Part shown: one piece after another, positions 15,388-34,260 of the stretch | Layout of the letters: every line of letters begins with the position of its first letter | Position numbering within the stretch: the first letter of the stretch is position 1 | Assembly: GCA_964016885.1 (NCBI GenBank) | Contig: CAXHJY010001150.1 | Location: 62,001-126,000 of the forward strand | From: Eledone cirrhosa | Taxonomy: Eukaryota | Length of the DNA stretch: 64,000 nt | Reading direction: 5' to 3' | Program-made: the position numbers and the translations under genes | Notes under the pieces: model-generated | The model's input: the letters and a program-made list of their open reading frames with translations, nothing else | The model's database searches: none | Told to the model about the DNA's origin: nothing

Positions 15388-17582
15388 GCTCAAGTATTAA
15401 TGTAAGGGAGATATATAGAGAGATATAGAGAGATATAGAGAGAGAAAAAATTTAAAAATAGCCAGACATATTCGAGGCGTAGAAAGCCCTATGTTTTAAT
15501 GTATTAGTATTTATAAAACTTACACTATATTGTAAATATCAGTATTCCTGAATGAAACAAGTATTCACAATGCGTGAAAATTCATTATCTTATGTTTAGT
15601 TTTTTAAAAAATTCATATGTCTATGTGAATCCAACTGATTCACTCCGCAAATTCAAAGTTACCGGAAAACATTCTCAATGTGGTATAAAAATTTGAGCGT
15701 ATTATTATTCTTGCGATTACTCTACAAGATTATCTATCAAGTAGAAATAGAGAGCAGATTTCAATATACTAATCGAAAATATATATTATATTATAAGCAG
15801 AGATAACAATAATAATGATAATAAGTAAAAATATATAAAAATATAAAAATATAGAATAGAAAACTAAAAAAGAATATTACGAAAGAATATTACATAATAA
15901 AAATATTGCATATTAAAAATACTACGTATTAAAAATATTACGTATTAAAACTTTACATATAAAAATATTAAAAATAAAAATTTACATATAAAAATATTAA
16001 AAATAAAAATAAAATAAAATAAAAAATAAAAATATTATAGAATACTACAATACTAAAAGAATAAAAATAAAAATAAAAATAAAAATAAAAATAAAAATAA
16101 AAATAAAAATAAAAATAAAAATAAAAATAAAAATAAAAATAAAAATAAAAATAAAAATAAAAATAAAAATAAAAATGAAAATAAAAATAAACCACAAAGA
16201 ACAACCCTTCAAAGTTAATTGACAATATATTGCCAAGTTCACTACAAGACAAAGCCAAAAATTATCTATCAAATCACATCTAGCAAGGAATATCGCAAAA
16301 AAGATTATGATGTCCAATAATGTCTACATATGTTCCTATATTTAATATATAAGTTTATCAAGTGTAAGGTTAATTCAAAAAATTTGGAGCATCGGCTTTT
16401 AGGGTAGCTTAATTTTTCATGAGGAATGTTTAGATAAAAATAAAAATAAAAATAAAAATAAAAATAAATAAAATAAAATAAACAATAAAAAGAGTAAAAA
16501 GAGGGAATCAAAGATTTAGGAATCAAAAGATTTATCGGCTAGTTCTCATATAAATATAAATCAAACTAAATATACTACATTTTAAATTTAAATTTACACT
16601 TGATAAACTTATATAGGAACTTATATATTAAATATAGGAACTTATATATTAAATATAGGAACATATGTAGACATTATTGGACATCATAATCTTTTTTGCG
16701 ATATTCCTTGCTAGATGTGATTTGATAGATAATTTTTGGCTTTGTCTTGTAGTGAACTTGGCAATATATTGTCAATTAACTTTGAAGGGTTGTTCTTTGT
16801 GGTTTATTTTTATTTTCATTTTTATTTTTATTTTTATTTTTATTTTTATTTTTATTTTTATTTTTATTTTTATTTTTATTTTTATTTTTATTTTTATTTT
16901 TATTTTTATTCTTTTAGTATTGTAGTATTCTATAATATTTTTATTTTTTATTTTATTTTATTTTTATTTTTAATATTTTTATATGTAAATTTTTATTTTT
17001 AATATTTTTATATGTAAAGTTTTAATACGTAATATTTTTAATACGTAGTATTTTTAATATGCAATATTTTTATTATGTAATATTCTTTCGTAATATTCTT
17101 TTTTAGTTTTCTATTCTATATTTTTATATTTTTATATATTTTTACTTATTATCATTATTATTGTTATCTCTGCTTATAATATAATATATATTTTCGATTA
17201 GTATATTGAAATCTGCTCTCTATTTCTGCTTGATAGATAATCTTGTAGAGTAATCGCAAGAATAATAATACGCTCAAATTTTTATACCACATTGAGAATG
17301 TTTTCCGGTAACTTTGAATTTGCGGAGTGAATCAGTTGGATTCACATAGACATATGAATTTTTTAAAAAACTAAACATAAGATAATGAATTTTCACGCAT
17401 TGTGAATACTTGTTTCATTCAGGAATACTGATATTTACAATATAGTGTAAGTTTTATAAATACTAATACATTAAAACATAGGGCTTTCTACGCCTCGAAT
17501 ATGTCTGGCTATTTTTAAATTTTTTCTCTCTCTATATCTCTCTATATCTCTCTATATATCTCCCTTACATTAATACTTGAGC

Positions 17583-17617
<35 letters not shown>

Positions 17618-17990
17618 ATGCATCATTGATACACTTACTCAAAATGACCTCCCACTACCTAATTTTTCTATATTTATATATGTATCTATCTCTATTTCCT
17701 CTCTCTCTATATATATATATCTCTTTCTGTCTCTTTACATGAAGCTCTTCGCTTTATCTATTTTTCCATCTCTCTATTTTGTCCCATGCATTTCTTCTTT
17801 TTCTTTTTCTCTTTTTCTTCCTTTTCTTCGTTTTGTCTTTCTTTCTTTCTTATTTCCCTTTTTTCTCTCTCTTTTTTCTCTCTCTCTTTCTTTCTCTCTG
17901 TATTTTCACTGCTAGAGTAAACCTCTTCAAATGAAGTTGATGTTTATTACGGTATGTCGAATATATCTATCTATAAAACTGTTTATATTG

Positions 17991-18056
17991 TATTTTGTCT
18001 GATGAAGGCATAACATATTGTTAATATGATATCCCCGAAATATATATAATGAAATA
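17991..18056 (+). ncRNA. Type I hammerhead ribozyme (PLE family A)
   Basis: UAUUUUGU-CUGAUGA-stem II (core CAUAUU/AAUAUG)-GAAA-UAUAUA-UA-AUGAAAUA; 8-bp stem I with two G-U pairs and a palindromic minimal stem III. Confidence 0.8.
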
Positions 18057-18312
18057 GATATGGTTTTATAAATATAGTTTTCCATTTATTTAATATTGTA
18101 AATATGCTCCAAGTATTTGTCGAGTGCTTTTATATCAGTTATAAATATTTACTAGTTGTAACCCAACAATTTTAAATATAACTTTACATATATATATATA
18201 TATATATATACTGACATTTATACATACATACATGCATACATACATGCATACATATATACTAACATATATACATGCATACATAATACATACATACATGCAT
18301 ACATATGTATTA

Positions 18313-18377
<65 letters not shown>

Positions 18378-18379
<2 letters not shown>

Positions 18380-18495
18380 CGTGTGGCTGAATGGTTAGAG
18401 AATTGGATTCGTAATCGTAAGGTTGTGAGTTCGATTCCTGGACCAGGCGATGCGTTATGTCCTTGAACAAGACACTTTATATCACGTTGCTCCTT
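18378..18495 (+). mobile_element. tRNA-derived SINE, second family
   Basis: A box tggctgaatgg, B box gttcgattcc, then tccttgaacaagacacttt. Confidence 0.75.
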
Positions 18496-18706
18496 CTACC
18501 TGGAGTTGCGACCGATAGATAGTATTAGCAATTGGAAAGACCAACGGAAACATTGTTCCCTCGGTCCGATTTGACGAAAGTCGATCGTTCCTAAAAAAAA
18601 TATATATATATATATATACATACTGACATTTATACAGACATACATACTAACATATATACATGCATACATAATACATACATTCATGAATACATACATACTA
18701 ACATAT

Positions 18707-19064
18707 ATGATGGCTGCCCCCTCGTTATCGAGTATGGCCATTGCACGATATACCATTATTAATAATTATTAATTAATTCTATCGTGCAATGCCTTTGCAT
18801 GAAGATTTTTTATTAAAGTGAGGAAAGGCTGTGCACTGAGTCAATCCCACTCTCTGAACGACAGTAGCTATAACCCGAAAAGAAGAAAAGAAAAGAACAA
18901 CATCATCGGTAACTACTGAGCCGCAGGTTTTATATCGGAGTTATCCCAGTTTCCTGAGTTGCCTTCTGCTAGAAGAATGCCCTGACAAAGGCTAGGGTCC
19001 TTCACTCCCAGTGGTTTAACCGCGCGATCGGGTGTCCAGCCTGACTATTTCTATGTCTCCGCGC
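18707..19064 (-). mobile_element. Short non-coding element joining the sequences found at the two ends of the 43.5-48.3 kb RTE
   Basis: 18760-18968 matches 43544-43745 and 18707-18748 matches 48265-48306, both as reverse complements. Confidence 0.75.
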
Positions 19065-19252
19065 ATATACATACACATGCACCCATGTATATACACATAT
19101 ACATACATATGTACATGTGCATATACATATTTACACACTTTTTTCTTTCTCTCCGTCTTTTTCTAATTGTCCTTAACACTAAGACTTATTAAAATAATAT
19201 AAACAATTCACTATCCAGATGGCTTCCAAAAATAATGGTTGCATTTTAAAAG

Positions 19253-19394
19253 GGTACGTCAAAGCTTATTTGTAAAACTGTTATATATTGTATTTTGTCT
19301 GATGAAGGCATACCATAATTTAATTTGGTATCCCTGAAATATGTATAATGAAATAAATATGGTTTTATAAATATAGTTTCCATTTATTAATATC

Positions 19395-19396
<2 letters not shown>
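19253..19396 (+). mobile_element. Short PLE family A terminal fragment with hammerhead at 19291-19355
   Basis: tattttgt CTGATGA aggcatacca...tggtatccct GAAA tatgta ta atgaaata; runs into (TA)n. Confidence 0.75.
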
Positions 19397-19429
<33 letters not shown>

Positions 19430-19453
19430 AACATGCGCCTGCATGTCTGTGTG

Positions 19454-19532
<79 letters not shown>

Positions 19533-19715
19533 GTGAATATAAAAGGCACCTATTTTTGTTCCCGAGAAGCCGAGAAGAGGTGAAGGAATTGTAGTGAAAA
19601 CTCAGTGAAAATACAAAATGGATGAGTGGATAAATGATGGCAACGAACCTATATACTTTTGTGGTTTGGCCAGAGTGATAGCTTGTTGAGGTAGGGATAG
19701 AAGGGGGGGGGGGAG

Positions 19716-20516
19716 AGAAGAAGAAGAAGAAGAAGAAGAAGAAGAAGAAGAAGAAGAAGAAGAAAAGGAGAGGGAGAAGAAAAAGAAGAAGAAGAAGAAG
19801 AAGAAGAAGAAGAAGAAGAAAAAGAAGAAGAAGAAGAAAAAGAAGAAGAAGAAGAAGAAGAAGAAGAAGAAGAAGAAGAAGAAGAAGAAGAAAAGAATAA
19901 GGGATGAGGTGAAGAAGAAGAAAGTGAAAGAAAATGAATGAGGTTGACAAGAAGAGGAACGAGGATGAGAAAAGAAGAATAAGAATAAGGAGAGAATAGG
20001 AGGAGGAGGAGGAGGGGAAGGAGGAGGAGGGGAAGGAGGAGGAGGGGAAGGAGGAGGAGGAGGAGGAAGTGGGAAGAAAATTGAAAGCAAGAAGAAAGAT
20101 GAATATATGAAAAAAAAGAGTGGAAAAAAACAAAGAAAAAGAAAAGAAGAAAAGAAGGAAAGTTGCGAATCGGAATAAATATGTGATTAATGCAGAGAAT
20201 TGGACGATATAAAATAATAGGAAATGTTGAAGATATGGCTGAGAGAAGTGGAACAGAGAATATGTACTGCCATAGGAGAACCTAACAACTACAACAACTA
20301 CAACAACAACAACAACTACAACAATATCAACAACAACAGCATCAACAACAACAACAACAACTACAACAACAACAATGACAATAGCAACAACAACAACAAT
20401 AACAACAACAACAACTACAACAACAAAAAACAACTACAATAACTACAACAACAACAACAACAACTACAACAACAATAACAACAACTACAACAACAACTAC
20501 AACAACAACAACGACG

Positions 20517-20583
<67 letters not shown>

Positions 20584-20780
20584 CTACAACAACAACAACT
20601 ACAACAACAACAACAATGACAATAACGACAATAATAACAACAACAACATGAAAAAGAACGACACGTATAAGAACAACAGCAACAACAGCAATAACAAAAG
20701 TGATGATTATGATGATGACAAAAATGATGATGATAATAACGATGACGATTATGGGTATGATGATGATGATATGGTTGACT
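19716..20780. repeat. Compound simple repeats (GAA)n, (GGA)n, (CAA)n, (GAT)n
   Basis: Seen directly. Confidence 0.95.
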
Positions 20781-20924
20781 TTGATGTTGGCGGTGGTAAT
20801 TGTGCTGATGATGCTGGTAATGGTCTTTATTTGTCTTGATGAACAAACAAAAAACAAACAAAAGATATGCTAATAATCAAAACGGTATAAAATAAAAAAT
20901 TAAAAAAAAATGATATGTATGAAA

Positions 20925-21578
20925 TGTAGTTGTCTCAACGTAAGTGACTATAATAATTACAATAAATAACAGTTGAGAAAATCGGGTAAAATACCCCTGG
21001 AGATTGAAAAAATAAGGGGGGGGGGTTAGGATGCTTGCGAATAATCGAAACATGGGCGGAAAAGAAAAAGTGGGTAGAGGCGCCTACAAGGAATCGAACA
21101 ATGCATCTCTCAGATGCCAGACAAAAGTGTGTTAACTATTACACCAAGGGCTCCCTGGCCAGAAATTACCACCGTTTAGAAAATTTTAAGTCTGTAACTA
21201 GAATTGTGAACATCCGGTTAACTGAAGAAACATTGGGACGACAATATTTCAAATTTCCAATTTTCCTTAGTGTTTCTTAAGTCAACCAGATATTAACACC
21301 TCTAATTACAAACTTTAAAATCTTCTACAAGACAGCCATTGGTTCCCAGGGATTCCTTTGTGTAATAGCTAACGTACTTTTGTCCGGCATCTGAGAGACG
21401 CGGCGTTCGATTCCTTGTAGGTGCCCCTGTCCGTCTTATTTCCATCTTCAGGGGTACTTGACTCGATTTTATCAACTATTGCGATCGACTATTATTATAA
21501 TCATTTACGTTAGGACAACTACAATATAAATTTCCAATTTTCTCAGCGTTTCTGACGTCAGCTTGGTATATACATCCC
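20925..21578. mobile_element. ~277-bp unit with an internal tRNA-like segment: diverged inverted pair plus partial tandem copy
   Basis: B box GTTCGATTCC at 21405-21414 (+) and 21090-21099 (-). aaatttccaattttc recurs at 21251 and 21528. Confidence 0.7.
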
Positions 21579-21636
<58 letters not shown>

Positions 21637-21642
<6 letters not shown>

Positions 21643-22062
21643 GATATTAAACAAATGGAAACTATATTTATAAAACCATATTTATTTCATTATACATATT
21701 TCGGGGATACCATATTAAAAATATGGCATGCCTTCTTCAGATAAAATACAATATATAAGCAGTTTTATAAATAATTTTGACGTACCATAAATATTGATCA
21801 ACTTTCATGTAAGAAGTTGATCAATATTTATGGTACGTCAAAATTATTTATAAAACTGCTTATATATTGTATTTTATCTGAAGAAGGCATGCCATATTTT
21901 TAATATGGTATCCCCGAAATATGTATAATTAAATAAATATGGTTTTATAAATATAGTTTCCATTTGTTTAATATCGTATATCTACTCCAAAACTTGTTGA
22001 GTGCTTTATATCAGTTATAAAATATTTACTTGTTGTAACCCAACAATTTTAAATAAAACTTT

Positions 22063-22067
<5 letters not shown>
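21637..22067. mobile_element. PLE family A terminal hairpin (~170-bp arms) with two opposed hammerheads (21683-21748 minus, 21870-21935 plus)
   Basis: Near-perfect palindrome centred at ~21809; core CTGAAGA...GAAA; the plus arm carries an ~88-bp extra tail; (TA)n on both sides. Confidence 0.85.
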
Positions 22068-22111
<44 letters not shown>

Positions 22112-22306
22112 GTGAGGCTTTTTACAAAATGAAAAAAAACACGAGGTGTCCTACACGAGTGAAAGTATAAGGAAAAAAGATGAAATCGAAAATGCAACTG
22201 GAGTCTTTTAAAAAAAAAAAATTGATTTGGTTCCTTTACCGGTTTCGCAGTTCTTGTGATTTTTCAAAAGTAGAATTGAGATGGAGGGTTTGTGTTTTTT
22301 CATATA

Positions 22307-22482
<176 letters not shown>

Positions 22483-22541
22483 TACACACACAGATATATG
22501 TATATACATATATATATATATAAATATATATATATAAATAA

Positions 22542-22583
<42 letters not shown>

Positions 22584-22587
<4 letters not shown>

Positions 22588-23120
22588 TAACCTACTCATC
22601 CACCAAAAACTTAGCACAAAATATTAATAGAATAAATAATAGGAACTTAAAACCTAGTGATAATAGCATAAATAATATACAAGTTAACAAATGTAACTGT
22701 AGAGATAGATCTAAATGTCCGTTAAATAACAACTGCTTAGTTAAAAATATAGTATACAATTGTAATGTTAATACTGACTCTAATTCTTTTAACTACGTCG
22801 GTTCCACATCGACGGAATTTAAACTTCGCTATAATAACCACAAGAATTCTTTCACAGATCCAAGTAAAAAATCTTCAACGGCACTATCAGGCGTACTCTG
22901 GCAACTTAAGCTAGATAACGTTAGATATTCGACGGCTTGGAATATAGTCTCAAGAGGGATTCCTTTTAATTCATCCTCTGAGACATGTGACCTCTGCGCA
23001 GAGGAGATATTCTTTATACTAAAATCTAAAAATTCTCTTAATCTACGGACAAATTTATTCAGTTGTTGCAAACATAGATTAAACTCAACGTTTAAATATA
23101 AATTTAAATTTAAAATGTAG
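22584..23120 (+). CDS. GIY-YIG endonuclease C-terminal domain of a 5'-truncated Penelope-like element (open frame, no ATG)
   Basis: Manual translation, 178 codons plus TAG: [10 protein letters not shown]...[86 protein letters not shown]. Confidence 0.88.
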
Positions 23121-24702
23121 TATATTTAGTTTGATTTATATTTATATGGGAAACTAGCCGATAAATTTTTGATTCCTTAAATTTTTGATTCCTTCTTTTT
23201 ATTCTTTTTTTATTTTTATTTTTTATTGTTTATTTTTTATTTAAACATTCCTCATGAAAAATTAAGTTACCCTAAAAGATGATGCTCCAAATATTTTGAA
23301 TAAACCTTACACTAGATAAACTTCTATATTAGATATAAGAACACATGTAGACCAAATTGGACATCATAAACTTTTTGAAATGATCTTTGCTAGATGTGAT
23401 TTGATAGATAATTTTTGGCTTTGTCTTATAATGAACTTGGCAATATATTGTCAATTAATTTTGAAGGGTTGATCTTTGTGGTTTATTTTTATTTTTTATT
23501 ATTGTAGTATTTTATAATATTTTTTATTTTTATTCCTATCTTTAATATGTAAATTTTTTAATACGTAATATTTTTTAATATGTAATATTTTTAATATGTA
23601 ATATTCTTTCGTAATATTTTTTTAGTTTTCTATTTTATTATTACTTATTATTATTATTATTGTTATCTTTTTTATTTTTTGTTTTGTTTCTGATATATAT
23701 TTTTATTAGTATATTGAAATCTGCTCTCTATTTCTGCTTGATAGATAATCTTGTAGAGTAAAGACAGGAATAATAATACACATATTTGTATACTCAAATT
23801 TTTATACCACATTGAGAATGTTTTCCGTGAACTTAGAGTTTGCAGAGTTGATCATGTGGATTCACATGATGTTTGTAGCTATCACATAAACATATGAATT
23901 TTTTTAAAAAACTAAACATAAGATAATTAATTTTCACACACTATGGATACTTGTCTCATTCAGGAATACTGATATTTACAATATAGTGGAAGTTTTATAA
24001 ATACTAATACATTAAAACATAGGATTTTTACGCTTTGAATATATCTGGCTATTTTAAAATTTTTTCTCTCGCTATTTTTTCTCTCTCTATATTTTTTCTC
24101 TCTATATATATCTCCCTTACATTAATACTAGAGCTAAATAAACAAATAAATAAATGTATTATTGATACATTTACTCAACTGACCTCCCACTACCTAATTT
24201 TCTCTCTATATATATATGTATCTATCTCTATTTCCTCTCTCTCTCTATATATATATATATATATCTTTCTGTTTCTTTACATAAAGTTCTTCTCTTTATC
24301 TATCTTTCCATCTCTCTATTTTGTTCCATGCATTTCTTCTTTTTCTTCTTTTTCTTCCTTTTCTTCGTTTTCTGTCTTTCTTTCTTTTTTTCTCTCTTTC
24401 TTTCTCTCTGTGTAAAATGTTTTTCACTGCCAGCTTAACCTCTTCAAATGCAAGTCGATGTTATTACGGTATGTCGAATCTATTTATCTATAAAACTGTT
24501 TATATTGTATTTTGTCTGAGGAAGGCATAGCATATTGTTAATATGATATCCCCGAAATATATATAATGAAATAAATATGGTTTTCTAAATATAGTTTCCA
24601 TTTATTTAATATTGTAAATATACTCCAAATATTTGTCGAGTGCTTTTATATCAGTTATAAAATATTTACTAGTTGTAACCCAACAATTTTAAATATAACT
24701 TT

Positions 24703-24705
<3 letters not shown>
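22584..24705 (+). mobile_element. 5'-truncated Penelope-like retroelement: endonuclease, long AT-rich 3' region and hammerhead at 24508-24573
   Basis: The GIY-YIG frame is followed by sequence homologous to the 14.9-18.2 kb arms; core CTGAGGA...GAAA tatata ta atgaaata; (TA)n on both sides. Confidence 0.85.
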
Positions 24706-30907
<6,202 letters not shown>

Positions 30908-31261
30908 TAGAGATACACGCACAAAAATGTAGAAATGTAGAAATAAAAAAAAAACAAGAATTATTCGAAATTATTCTCTCGAATGAGAATCAAATTTTCG
31001 TTCCCTTTCTTCAATACTCTCAGCATTTAGAATTCATTTTATTTCTTTTCTTTTCTTCTATCAACCGGCAGTTTCATTGGTGTAGAAGAATCAGTTACAA
31101 ATCAGAGAGAAAATAGCAAACATATCCAGAAATCAGGAAATCTTATGAAAAAATTAAAGGAAAAGTAAAAAATAAAAAGAACGTTTTGAAACGAGAATGA
31201 TGGATTCTCCGTCGGTTTTACGATGAGCATTCAGTTGTTCATCCAGCTCATCCATAATATA

Positions 31262-31607
31262 CGAGGGTCGACTAAAATGTTCATAGGATGACTAAAATAG
31301 TTTCAAAGAATGACCAAATGAGGTTTATTTTTCGATATAGTCAATAGAAAGAAACAATGCTGTTATTAATAAGAAGGGTTGAAATTAATGCATGCAAGAT
31401 TTCATAGCTCTAGCATCACTCCTTCATAGGCTGACCAAGTTACTCTCATGAAATGGCTAAATGAGGTTTATTTTTCAACATAGTTTCTGGAAAGAAACAA
31501 TGCAGTTATTAATAGGAAGAGTTGAGTTGAAATTAATGCATGCAAGATTTCACAGCTCTAGCATCACTCCTTCATAGTCAATTTATGAACTTTTCAGCCC
31601 ATCCTCG
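31262..31607. mobile_element. Mariner-type MITE with TA target duplication
   Basis: ta|cgagggtcgactaaaatgttcata ... tatgaacttttcagcccatcctcg|ta form imperfect TIRs; internal ~140-bp duplication. Confidence 0.8.
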
Positions 31608-31653
31608 TAAACATTAAATGAAATCATCAATCATAATAATACACCTCGCGTGT

Positions 31654-31731
<78 letters not shown>

Positions 31732-31879
31732 TGTCTGTAACACTTTAAAATTTATACACATACAATGTCATATCTCAGTGATGTGCTGCAATAAGAAGTT
31801 GCTTTTCTATCATAAGGTCCTGGTATTTAACCTATATTTGTCCCTGTAGCTATTTCTACATAGTTACTCATACATTTAA

Positions 31880-32150
31880 TCCTGGATGTTACAATCCTGG
31901 ATGTTACATCTACATATATGTTGAACATTTATGTAATTATATCAAAGAAATAATTCACCTCCGTAACCAACAAAAAGTATAGGATTTCTCCTATGTGAAC
32001 CATTAACTGATCAAAATGCAAATGTCCCAGTTTGTATGATTGTCCATATATCTGGTAATCTTGGTATATATGACATACTAATCCCGGACTCCAAAGATTA
32101 AATACGTCTGATGATATCGCCGTCATTATTGAGAGCACTGGTCTACTATG
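31880..32150 (+). pseudogene. Possible heavily degraded GIY-YIG remnant of a different (Neptune-like) PLE
   Basis: Across frames: NPGCY..LCNYIKE..FTSVTNKKYRI..TIN*S..CP..WYI*HT; motif spacing only. Confidence 0.4.
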
Positions 32151-32529
32151 ATAATATTATGAAACAATACTCATGAAACGAGAGTAGTTATTTTACGAAT
32201 TACAAGTAAGTCAATATTTTACCAATGAATCAGTATTTATTCTCAGAGCTCAGAATTCAAGAACGAGACTTGCAAGGTAACCTATTCGACACCTTAACAA
32301 CTTTGTCACTCCACCAGTAAAGGTATTGATATCCCACAAAAGGTATTAAATGTATGCGTTAAGTCTCTCTTTCACGTTTTTTGTTTAGCTGTTTAAATTA
32401 TTTATTTCGTATGAGTTTATTCTCTCCTTCTGATATTACGTATGTGGGAATAAGAGCTTTGCCAACCTTTCACAGTTGGTGAAGGTTCTTGGACAAGAAA
32501 AAGCTTGCTAAAGGCTAAAATCTGCCTCA

Positions 32530-32798
32530 AACCTGAAAGTTCATCAGGCTGGAGCTTAGCTCGGTTTCTGTGACGTTAAGCGACTAACAGTACACGACTC
32601 CCTATTGGACAAAACGTCAGTCCATAGAAGGGTTAAACCCCCAGCTATTACTGTTACTCATTCTCAGTTGAGTATACTGGAGCAACGTTAAATGAAGGGC
32701 TTTGCTCAAGAACACAACACACAACCCAATCCAGGGTTCGACCTAATGGCATTATGATTGTAAATCCAACAGCCTAACCACTTAGCCATGCTGCCATC
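32530..32798 (-). mobile_element. tRNA-derived SINE related to 18378-18495
   Basis: Minus strand reads ggcagcatggctaagtggttag...ggtcgaaccc...ttcttgagcaaagcccttcatttaacgttgctcc. Confidence 0.7.
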
Positions 32799-33180
32799 AC
32801 TAGAAAAAGGTGGTCTTTCGACAAAGATTGTAACCATAGATATGTATAATATAGAATTGATCATTTGATTGTGATGGTTCCTAGTAGATGGTCATGTTGA
32901 TTTCTTTTTCCTTCGGCAGAAAGGAATGTGAACATCTATAATTGTTTTGGGAATTTCTTTTCGTCTGTGTATGTATGTATGTATGTATGTATGTATGTAT
33001 GTATGTATGTATGTATGTATGTATGTATGCTTGCATGTATGTTTGTATGTGTGTATGTATGTATGTATGTACGCACACACACATATATATATATAGTTTA
33101 TCATTATATATATATACATATATGCATATATATATATGCATATATATATATATATATGCATATATATATATATATATATA

Positions 33181-33370
<190 letters not shown>

Positions 33371-33490
33371 CTTATACACATACTATTATCACATCATATA
33401 TCCAAATATTAGGTCTGTATGTGTGTGCGTTTGCGTGCACTGTTGTTTCAAGATATACGTATATGCGTATATATGAATCAGCTTCTCTTT

Positions 33491-33596
<106 letters not shown>

Positions 33597-33796
33597 AACA
33601 CATACACACACACACATACACACACACACACACCACACACACACACATACATATATGCATACGCGCGTGTGGGTGGTATTTGTATAGACTTTGCTGTATG
33701 CGCACACACGATTAGTTGAGCTTGTGTGTGTGTGTGCATGATTGTACGTATATGTATGTGTGTATGTATATATATATATATATATATGTGTGTGTT

Positions 33797-33888
<92 letters not shown>

Positions 33889-34204
33889 TCCAGTTTAACC
33901 TCTTAGAAATAGAGAATCGATGCAAGTTTTCGTAAGAGTATTTCCTCAAGTGAAATGATTAGATATTGGGTTAGGACGGAAGATGTGCCTGCTGGGTGGA
34001 GCTGAAGTTTCCATTCAGAAGTACAATGAATGGAAATGGTGAGAAAGGCCAGGACAATTACAACCGAGGGAAAGAAGGAAACAAAGAAAGGAATGGAGAA
34101 ATAGATAAAGAGTGAACTACATGAAGAAAAGGAGGACGTAGTTTAGTGTTGTGTGTATTTCTTCGTACGGAAGGAAAAGGAACTGAGAATGAGATAGATA
34201 GATA

Positions 34205-34260
<56 letters not shown>

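Larger units (their letters stand above)
14869..18188. mobile_element. Penelope-like element 3' region as a fold-back: minus copy 14869-~16595 joined to plus copy ~16595-18188
   Basis: 14869-~16370 is the near-perfect reverse complement of ~16595-18100. Both arms are homologous to 23100-24705, downstream of the GIY-YIG frame. Both outer ends abut (TA)n. Confidence 0.85.

Noticed and set aside
18950-19064. HDV-like ribozyme in the putative RTE leader
   Set aside because: I could not build the nested double pseudoknot by eye; a descriptor search would be needed.
21345-21430. Functional tRNA gene
   Set aside because: No clean cloverleaf or acceptor stem; treated as a tRNA-derived repeat.
22829-23071. 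80-aa minus-strand ORF
   Set aside because: Antisense shadow of the plus-strand GIY-YIG frame.
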